The notes beneath the pieces are model-generated. The model was not told the origin of the DNA and did not search any database. It saw only the letters and a list, made by a program, of their open reading frames with translations. A stretch of 43,159 bases of DNA from a virus (lineage: Duplodnaviria; Caudoviricetes): positions 1 to 43,159 of IMG/VR virus record IMGVR_UViG_3300030397_000898; one strand, written 5' to 3'. Shown piece by piece: positions 7,660 through 14,666 of this stretch; within the stretch, counting starts at the first letter, position 1; the number at the start of each line of letters is the position of its first letter. A program made the translations under genes and the position numbers.

Positions 7660-8410
7660 TGAAACAACGACAGAGGTTAATGAAACCACAGATACCGAAG
7701 TCAAATTGGAAGACATGCTTTATGGTGATGACGAGAACACCGAAGAGCCAAAGACCGAAGAAGAAAAGTCTGATGAGCAAGGTGAGAAGTCTGATGAGCA
7801 AGAAGTATCGTCTGAGTCAGAAGAGGAATCTGATGATTCTGAATCTGACGACTCTTCCGAGGCGGAAGAGAAAACCTCTGAGTCTGAAAGTGACGAAAAA
7901 GAGGGCGGTGAAGAGGAGAAGGAAGAGGAAAAGTCTGTTGAAGACTTTGAATTGAAACTTCCCAAGGATTCACGGTTGGATGAAAGCCACGTTGATGGGG
8001 TTCGCGCTCTAGCCAAAGACGCAAATCTCACAGAAGCGCAGGCGAAGGCAATCCTTCTCAGGGATCATAAAGCTGCCATCGAAGCACATGAAGCTCAAGA
8101 GGCGTTTCTTGACGCCAAAGCAGAGGAATGGGAGGGCCAGTGCTCAAACGATCCGGAGTTTGGGGGCGACAAATGGAAAGGGACTCAGCAACGAGTCAAA
8201 CAGTTTGTTAATCGCTTCGGAACCGAGGCTCTCAAGGAATCCCTCAATGCCAGTGCTTTAGGTTCGCATCCTGAAGTTGTGCGATTGATCAACCGGGCCG
8301 CAATGGTCATGTCTGACGACACGTTGGTCTTTTCAAACAATAATGCGGCCCCCAAGGAGAAGGCAATTGAGGATATTATTTATGACGACAACGGGACTAA
8401 AAAGGAGTAA
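7652..8410 (+). CDS. Capsid scaffolding protein
   Basis: Very acidic N-terminus; DPEFGG, LGSHPEVVR and MSDD motifs; upstream of the MCP. Confidence 0.8.
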   Translation: MTDETTTEVNETTDTEVKLEDMLYGDDENTEEPKTEEEKSDEQGEKSDEQEVSSESEEESDDSESDDSSEAEEKTSESESDEKEGGEEEKEEEKSVEDFELKLPKDSRLDESHVDGVRALAKDANLTEAQAKAILLRDHKAAIEAHEAQEAFLDAKAEEWEGQCSNDPEFGGDKWKGTQQRVKQFVNRFGTEALKESLNASALGSHPEVVRLINRAAMVMSDDTLVFSNNNAAPKEKAIEDIIYDDNGTKKE

Positions 8411-8416
8411 TCCAAA

Positions 8417-9424
8417 ATGTCTACATTAGCATCTAATGCACCCACCCTTCTGGACGTTGCGAAAACGTTTGGTCCGGATGGAAAGGTTGCGAAAATCGCT
8501 GAGTTGTTGGGCCAGACCAATGAAATCCTTCAGGATGCTGTCTTTAAAGAAAGTAACCTTGAGGCTGGAGAGCAGGTTTCTGTTCGCACGGGTCTTCCAA
8601 CTCCAACTTGGAGGCTGTTGAACCAAGGTGTTGCGGCCACCAAAACAACCACAGCTCAGATCACTGAGCAAATCGGTATGCTTGAGGACTGGTCGGAAAT
8701 CGATCAGAAAGTTGCTGAGATGAACGGCAACGTCAAGGCTTATCGTCTTCAGGAGGGCATGGGCCACCTTGAAGGGATGAACCAAGAAATGGCAAGCACA
8801 CTGATGTACGGCAACCAAGGGACTGACCCTGAGCAATTCACGGGTTTCTCTCCTCGTTACAACGACCTTTCTGCAAACAACGCTCAGAATATTCTGGACG
8901 CTGGCGGAACTGGATCGGACAACAGTTCGATCTGGCTTGTTGGATGGGGTTTGAATTCTGTTTACAAGGTCTATCCTAAGGGTTCTCAAGCTGGTTTGAT
9001 TCATGAAGACTTCGGCCTTCAAACAATTCAAACTTCGCCGACACCCGGAATTGCCGGACAACGCCTTCGTGTCTACCAAGAAAGATGGCAGTGGAATTGC
9101 GGACTCGTTCTGAAGGACTGGCGTTTTGCTGTTCGTATTGCGAACATCGACATCAGCAACCTCATTGCGAAGTCAAGTGCTGCTGACCTCACTGATCTCA
9201 TGATCAAAGCAACGATTCGTATTCCTTCTCTCAGCATGGTGAAGCCCGTGTTCTACATGAACCGCACCGTGTTCCAAGAGTTGACGATTCAGCGTAGAGA
9301 CGATGTGCAAACTGGTGGAAGCCTCACATATGATGTGGTTGATGGTAAGAGAATTCCGTTCTTTAACCAGATTCCCATCAAGACTGTTGATGCTCTCACT
9401 GAAACCGAGGCTCAAATTACCTGA
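8417..9424 (+). CDS. Major capsid protein (BPP-1 Bbp17/epsilon15 gp7-like)
   Basis: 335 aa; TNEILQD, VRTGLPTPTWR, SSIWLVGWG, DWRFAVRIANID motifs; AAGGAG SD. Confidence 0.93.
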   Translation: MSTLASNAPTLLDVAKTFGPDGKVAKIAELLGQTNEILQDAVFKESNLEAGEQVSVRTGLPTPTWRLLNQGVAATKTTTAQITEQIGMLEDWSEIDQKVAEMNGNVKAYRLQEGMGHLEGMNQEMASTLMYGNQGTDPEQFTGFSPRYNDLSANNAQNILDAGGTGSDNSSIWLVGWGLNSVYKVYPKGSQAGLIHEDFGLQTIQTSPTPGIAGQRLRVYQERWQWNCGLVLKDWRFAVRIANIDISNLIAKSSAADLTDLMIKATIRIPSLSMVKPVFYMNRTVFQELTIQRRDDVQTGGSLTYDVVDGKRIPFFNQIPIKTVDALTETEAQIT

Positions 9425-9475
9425 TGATTGAAATGATCAGGATATTTGAACCATTACTAAGAAAGGAACAAGCAA

Positions 9476-9955
9476 ATGTTACTTGACGCACAAGGTCAAT
9501 TCTCTGATTCGCAGGCTGTGACATCTAGTGCCGTTGGAGACAACGTCATTGATCTCAGTCTTAACCGCTCAATCGGAAACGGTACGCCTATGGCTGTCGT
9601 TTTCAATGTTGAGGTGGCTGCCGATCAGACGAGTGGCGATGAGGACTACACTTTTGAAGTGGAGTACGCAACCAACGCCGCTCAATCAACTGGAAGGCAA
9701 CTTGTTGGTCGTCGTGTTTTTGAATCTGGAACTCCTACAGCTCCAGCTCAAGACGCCGACTTGCTCGTTGTTGGTTTCAAGATCGTAATTCCGATTCCTC
9801 CGACGCAGCTCTCTGAGAGTGCTCGTTTCCTTGGAATCCGTTACGTGACCGCTGGAACCACTCCTACGATCACTTGCTCTGCATACTTGCTGCCGCTCAG
9901 CATGGTTGATACCCGTGTTGAAGGTGAGTACGCGGATAACATCACCATTTCCTAA
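9476..9955 (+). CDS. Capsid cement protein, Bbp16-like
   Basis: MLLDAQGQFSDSQAVT...NVIDL...IGNGTP...RFLGIRY pattern immediately after the MCP. Confidence 0.8.
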   Translation: MLLDAQGQFSDSQAVTSSAVGDNVIDLSLNRSIGNGTPMAVVFNVEVAADQTSGDEDYTFEVEYATNAAQSTGRQLVGRRVFESGTPTAPAQDADLLVVGFKIVIPIPPTQLSESARFLGIRYVTAGTTPTITCSAYLLPLSMVDTRVEGEYADNITIS

Positions 9956-9979
9956 TCGGAATGAAGAAAGGAGATTGAA

Positions 9980-10258
9980 ATGGGTTTTAGAGTCAGGGCT
10001 ACACAGCTCGGAATTTTTGGACTTCCATCTCGTCGCTATCGCGAGGGAGATGTCTTTGAGATTGATCATGTTGGTCAGTTCTCGGAGAAGTGGATGGAAT
10101 GGATTGACAAACCTGAAGAGGTTGAAGCCATTTCCGAAGCCAAGGAAGAAGCTCCAAAAGCAAAGCGAGGTCGGAAGCCCAAGGCTGAAAAAGCCGAAGA
10201 GTCTCCGACTCCATCTGAGGAAACGACAGAACCAACTGGAACTGTCAAAGTTATCTAA
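9980..10258 (+). CDS. Hypothetical head-region protein
   Basis: 92 aa, RRYREGDVFEI...SEKWME followed by a low-complexity tail; AAGGAG SD. Confidence 0.7.
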   Translation: MGFRVRATQLGIFGLPSRRYREGDVFEIDHVGQFSEKWMEWIDKPEEVEAISEAKEEAPKAKRGRKPKAEKAEESPTPSEETTEPTGTVKVI

Positions 10259-10264
10259 GGAGAA

Positions 10265-10295
10265 AGGGGGAGGGAGAAATCTCTCCCCCTCTTTT
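10265..10295 (+). terminator. Intrinsic terminator after the capsid genes
   Basis: 11 bp stem AGGGGGAGGGA-GAAA-TCTCTCCCCCT followed by CTTTT. Confidence 0.75.
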
Positions 10296-10352
10296 ATGAG
10301 CAAGAAACGAAAACCAAAACCTAAACCGAAGCCAAAGCCTCGGCCATATTAG
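10296..10352 (+). CDS. 18 aa basic KP-repeat micropeptide
   Basis: MSKKRKPKPKPKPKPRPY; the repeat units use different synonymous codons. Confidence 0.45.
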   Translation: MSKKRKPKPKPKPKPRPY

Positions 10353-10361
10353 GAGGGCGAA

Positions 10362-10700
10362 ATGCCTAAACTCGTAAGCATGAAACTTCCGCCACGTGAT
10401 GATGGCGCTATAAGGAGTCGTTCAGTTGTTGCGGATGAAGGTCCGCGATTTCCTTTTGGATTGACCCTTCATCTTGAAACTGAAGTCATTGAGAAACTGG
10501 CAATGGAATCAATGCCGAATATTGGAGATGAAATTCCGATGATGGCAATGGTTAAAGTCGAAAGGATCTCAGTTAGCAAGGACGCGGATAGCGGAAAAGT
10601 TGAAAAAAGTCTGTCGCTTCAAATCACTTCCATGGCTCTTGGAGAAGAGAAGGAAGAAAATGAAATGAGCGTAGAAGACATATTGTTCGATAAGAGCTAA
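10362..10700 (+). CDS. Capsid staple protein, epsilon15 gp10-like
   Basis: LVSMK...FPFGLTLHL...SLSLQITSMAL pattern; AGGAGG SD. Confidence 0.7.
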   Translation: MPKLVSMKLPPRDDGAIRSRSVVADEGPRFPFGLTLHLETEVIEKLAMESMPNIGDEIPMMAMVKVERISVSKDADSGKVEKSLSLQITSMALGEEKEENEMSVEDILFDKS

Positions 10701-10703
10701 CAA

Positions 10704-12110
10704 ATGACTAGGCTCTATGAGAGCGATGGGACCACCATCGGCCCTAATTGGCAGGGAACCGATGGAAGTGGTCACGTAAGAATTACAGGAATCGCTCCGG
10801 CGGTTACGATTCCTATTTCTGGCACCGTCACTGCAAATCAAGGTGGAAGCTGGACAGTTGGTGTTTCAGGAACGGTCACCGTTGCCGGGACTGTTACAGC
10901 CAATCAAGGTGGATCTTGGACTGTCGGTGTTTCTGGAACTGTCGCCGTCACTCAATCGGGAACTTGGAATATCAGCGCAATCACTGGACCAATCACTCCG
11001 GGATTTGGGGCGACGAACCTTGGCAAGAGAGAAGATGATCCTCATTCAAATAATGACGTGGGCGTCGCTGTTTGGGGTGTTAGAAATGACGGAGCAACAC
11101 CAAGGGCAGCGGATGGCGATTACATTCCATTTCAAATGGATTCACTTGGCGGTCTTCAAACGAGTGTTATTGGCTTTATTCCCGGAACAAGTGAAGGCGC
11201 TGGAGGAAAACAGCTTGACGCTGCAAGCACTTCAATTCCAACTGGAACTCTTTTCCTTGGAATAAGAAATGACACCCGTGGCAGCTTAGTTGACACGGAT
11301 CTAGATTACACAGCACCTCAAATGAATGCCTCAGGCGACATGAGAGTTGAACTTGGCCCAACTGGATCAAGTGCCGGTCAGATTCAAGGAACGGCAGCCA
11401 TTGGAGCTGCTGGAGTTGGAAATCCTGTTTGGACTGCTTTTAGACAGTTTCCATTAAACGGTCTCGCCACTCCTCAAACGATTAACTTTGGTGGAGTTGA
11501 ATATCAGTTGGTTTTGGCTCCCGACACAGGATTGAACTTTCCAAATTATGACACTCACGATGACGCTCAAGTCGGCAACACAACAGCCACAATGACCGGA
11601 GGCATTGCATACACAGACACAACAGCTCAGGCCGCTGTTAGCGCTGATGGTGATGCCTGTAGGATTATGACAGACAGGAATGGTCGTCCAAGAGTTAAGC
11701 CTGAAGTTATTCAAGGAACATGGACAGAAGTAATAACAAACCAAAGATTTAATGACGGGTCTGGTGGAGGAACTGCTGCCGGAACAAGATTCAACGGAAC
11801 TTCTTATGACATGCAGACAGGAGATGTTGCAGAAGTTCAAATAACAATTGAATCAAATGGAGTGAGCTCTCATTACATTCAAATTATTTATGAATGGTCA
11901 AATGATGGAGGAACAACTTGGGGAGATACTGATCATGGATGGGAAGCAGCTCATTTCTATGAAGATACTGAAGTTTCAACTGAAATAAATCCAATCGTTG
12001 AAGTCCCACGTAGAGGGCAGCTTCTTCGTATGACATGCCTTGCCACCTCAACAACCGTGACAAATTATTTTGATGTGAGCATTAGCGTTAGATGGAGGAA
12101 CAACCCATAA
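10704..12110 (+). CDS. Fibre-like repeat protein (head or accessory fibre?)
   Basis: 468 aa, G/T/V rich; GTVTANQGGSWTVGVSGTV twice; three DGD-type motifs. Confidence 0.6.
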   Translation: MTRLYESDGTTIGPNWQGTDGSGHVRITGIAPAVTIPISGTVTANQGGSWTVGVSGTVTVAGTVTANQGGSWTVGVSGTVAVTQSGTWNISAITGPITPGFGATNLGKREDDPHSNNDVGVAVWGVRNDGATPRAADGDYIPFQMDSLGGLQTSVIGFIPGTSEGAGGKQLDAASTSIPTGTLFLGIRNDTRGSLVDTDLDYTAPQMNASGDMRVELGPTGSSAGQIQGTAAIGAAGVGNPVWTAFRQFPLNGLATPQTINFGGVEYQLVLAPDTGLNFPNYDTHDDAQVGNTTATMTGGIAYTDTTAQAAVSADGDACRIMTDRNGRPRVKPEVIQGTWTEVITNQRFNDGSGGGTAAGTRFNGTSYDMQTGDVAEVQITIESNGVSSHYIQIIYEWSNDGGTTWGDTDHGWEAAHFYEDTEVSTEINPIVEVPRRGQLLRMTCLATSTTVTNYFDVSISVRWRNNP

Positions 12111-12943
12111 TGGGCATTCCAGTTCCTACAATTGGCGTCGCAGGAATCAACCTTTGGCTTGATCGAATTAAATTGAGCGATGGATCGTTGAGAAGTCGTC
12201 AGCTTATGCATGTGTTTGGAGCTGAGGGCCATTCAGGTGATTGGGCGGGAGCTGAATGGTGTGGGAGATCTCACTTTTCGATAACTGTAGGCGGAGCTAT
12301 TTTTCAATATAGTTATGATGGAAATTTTATTCCGACCCATGCAAGTAAAGTCACTCCAATTATTGGAGGTAGTCCGACTTCAGAGACAACAACTTCAATT
12401 GAGGGAATGACATACAACCTTCAAGATTTGTTTTTTGTCTTCATGAATACGGTTGACATTACAGGCGCTTTGAACACTATCAATCAGCTTCACCTTGATA
12501 AGAATGACCGCCTTGCAGGAAGCATTACTTGCAAGCATGACATGGAAAATGGAACTGATTTGGTGACAGGGATTTCCCACGACAAAGGCGTGGGGAAACA
12601 GATGTGCGATGGTCATGACCACAAAAAAGGGCGTGATTTTTATATTGGCAATGAAGAAACGGTTGATCAGCGTCGTGTTGGAAAGACAACAGACACAACT
12701 GAAAATGTTGTTTCAAGCACATATAGCAAGAAGCCAAATAGGCATGCATTCAACGGAAGAGATTTTTTAATCATCGACACCACTGATGGTGCTGGTTATA
12801 CGATTAATTTCGTGAGGCCAACGACACCGACTTGGAAAGTGGTTTGGAGCGTGAGTTACAACCCTCCCAATTACGACAAATTGGTGGATGCCTCTTTCGA
12901 CGGTAGAGATTGGTTGGTGTATTATCAGGATGATATCTCGTGA
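12110..12943 (+). CDS. Hypothetical beta-rich protein (possible propeller or receptor-binding)
   Basis: TAATG coupling favours start 12110 over 12092; recurring FNGRDF/FDGRDW/KGRDF motifs. Confidence 0.55.
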   Translation: MGIPVPTIGVAGINLWLDRIKLSDGSLRSRQLMHVFGAEGHSGDWAGAEWCGRSHFSITVGGAIFQYSYDGNFIPTHASKVTPIIGGSPTSETTTSIEGMTYNLQDLFFVFMNTVDITGALNTINQLHLDKNDRLAGSITCKHDMENGTDLVTGISHDKGVGKQMCDGHDHKKGRDFYIGNEETVDQRRVGKTTDTTENVVSSTYSKKPNRHAFNGRDFLIIDTTDGAGYTINFVRPTTPTWKVVWSVSYNPPNYDKLVDASFDGRDWLVYYQDDIS

Positions 12944-12949
12944 GGAATT

Positions 12950-13249
12950 ATGCCGAATAACGTGACACCAAATAATTTTTGCAAATCTTTCAGGGAAATA
13001 GGTGATGCTCTTGATCCTCAGGAATATACGGGTGAAGACGTGATGACGGCCATTTATTATCCGTCAGTAAACGACCCTCAACTCGGCCTGATTCCCGGAA
13101 AACTCAGGGTTTCTTTAAATCCTGTTGGAATTTGGGAGTACACGTGGTCTGAATTCAGATCGGCATTTCCCGAGTTACCTGAAAACGAGCCCTCAGGGGT
13201 TAAAACCGGACTTGCTCCCGGTCCTTCAATGACATTGGAGTGGCCGTGA
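12950..13249 (+). CDS. Hypothetical protein
   Basis: 99 aa, GAGG SD, in operon. Confidence 0.6.
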   Translation: MPNNVTPNNFCKSFREIGDALDPQEYTGEDVMTAIYYPSVNDPQLGLIPGKLRVSLNPVGIWEYTWSEFRSAFPELPENEPSGVKTGLAPGPSMTLEWP

Positions 13250-13270
13250 AAATTATAATGGAGACAAAAA

Positions 13271-13483
13271 ATGTCTAACGGATCTTACGGCAACGATTGG
13301 AAAGGCCGTCTTTTCGACAAGTTGGATGCCATTAAAGATGACATCCATAACCAAAATGTCGCAATTGAAAAAATGAAAACAAAGCTCAGTATTCTTTGGG
13401 CTTCAGCCGCCTTCATAGCTGTTTCAGTTGGCGGCTTTGTCTTGAAATCCATTTGGGATTTGATTGCAGGAGGTAAATCATGA
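13271..13483 (+). CDS. Holin-like protein (short coiled coil plus TM helix)
   Basis: 70 aa, ILWASAAFIAVSVGGFVL hydrophobic helix; GGAG SD. Confidence 0.55.
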   Translation: MSNGSYGNDWKGRLFDKLDAIKDDIHNQNVAIEKMKTKLSILWASAAFIAVSVGGFVLKSIWDLIAGGKS

Positions 13484-13665
13484 TTTTCCAAAACCACAAA
13501 AAACTCCGCGAAAATTGCCAAAAAATAAGTTCTTCAATTGATGACCTCAAAGACATAATCTGCGAGGAAATTGATGTTGAAGAGGATGAAGAGGAAACTG
13601 ATCGAGTGAATCAAAAAGAAGAAGATCGTAAATTAGTGGATGTCCGCGCGGAAGACGCGGCTTAA
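13480..13665 (+). CDS. Small acidic hypothetical protein
   Basis: 61 aa, ATGA overlap, GGAGGT SD. Confidence 0.55.
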   Translation: MIFQNHKKLRENCQKISSSIDDLKDIICEEIDVEEDEEETDRVNQKEEDRKLVDVRAEDAA

Positions 13666-13676
13666 GAAAGGAAGTT

Positions 13677-14014
13677 ATGAAACTCATCAAACCAGACCTA
13701 GACGTGAACATAGGAGACAAAAAATTTGACTCCTTGTCACCAAGAGAAAAGTGGGTCGATATCGCAATGCAATGCCTTGAAAATTCAAATCAGGGGGAGT
13801 CAGCTTTAAAACAATAAGACTTGTCAACAAGGTTATTGACAAAGCTGAATCTAAAGCTCCAAAGATCGAGCTCTCTGATGAAGAACACAAATTGCTGATT
13901 GACTCAATGACCAGTGATGATTCTAAATTCAAGCCATCGTTTCATAAGGTTTTGATTGGTTTCCATAATTCCTTGACTGACTTGCAAGGAGACACGGATG
14001 GCAACGAAAACTGA
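13677..14014 (+). CDS. Frameshifted gene: 46 aa ORF plus -1 extension, about 112 aa fused
   Basis: ATG 13677 to TAA 13817; the -1 frame is open 13781-14014 with no early start; overlap contains a G5 run (13793-13797) and T_TTA_AAA (13805-13811). Confidence 0.65.
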
Positions 14015-14666
14015 GATAGGAAACTTATCACTGTTGCATTTGGGGATCACGAAACGCCTTTCGAATCTTGATTCCGATACAACGCCTCAGGCGAATATTA
14101 TCAATATTGTTTTTGATATTTGTCGGAGGAAGTTTATTCGAGAATTTGACTTCCCGATTCAAACAGACATCGTGACTCTCAACTTAATCCAAGAGTGTCC
14201 GAACGATGAGTATCGTTATGAATATCAATATCCGACTGGATCTGTAAAGGTCCGTCGGATTTTAAGTGGGATTCGTAATGACTCACGTCAAACAAGAATT
14301 CATTATCGAGTAGTTAAAGGGCCAACGACAAAGGCGATTTGGACAGATCAGCAAGATGCGAAAGCTGAAATAACTGTTGACGAAACTGACACGTCGATTT
14401 TCGATGACGACTCTGTCATGGCCCTTTCTTTTCTCATTGCTTATTACATTGCTCCGGCATTAACTGATGGCGACCCAAATAATCTTGGGGCCGCTGCAAA
14501 AGTTAAATATGAAGAAGAAAGAGCTTCTGCCCGTGCAAATGCCGCTAACGAAGAGCAGCCTGAAGAAGATCCTGAAGCTGAGAACATTCGGTTCAGAGAA
14601 AACGACACGACATCTTCACGCGGTGAGGACTTCACTGCATTTCCATCAGGATTTACCGTCTCATGA
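13998..14666 (+). CDS. Tail adaptor (tail tubular protein A-like)
   Basis: TEIGNLSLLHLG start, YEYQYPTG, FDDDSVMALSFLIA; upstream of the nozzle. Confidence 0.8.
   Translation: MATKTEIGNLSLLHLGITKRLSNLDSDTTPQANIINIVFDICRRKFIREFDFPIQTDIVTLNLIQECPNDEYRYEYQYPTGSVKVRRILSGIRNDSRQTRIHYRVVKGPTTKAIWTDQQDAKAEITVDETDTSIFDDDSVMALSFLIAYYIAPALTDGDPNNLGAAAKVKYEEERASARANAANEEQPEEDPEAENIRFRENDTTSSRGEDFTAFPSGFTVS

Noticed and set aside
7766-7802. Direct repeat AAGTCTGATGAGCAAG
   Set aside because: In-frame duplication (EKSDEQ) within the acidic scaffold linker; not a CRISPR or regulatory array.
9686-10352. 205 aa minus and 148 aa plus overlapping ORFs
   Set aside because: Shadow frames of genes with clear SDs; both run across the terminator hairpin.
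13229-13259. Promoter upstream of the holin-like gene (ATGACA...TATAAT)
   Set aside because: 19 bp spacer and imperfect -35; too weak to call.
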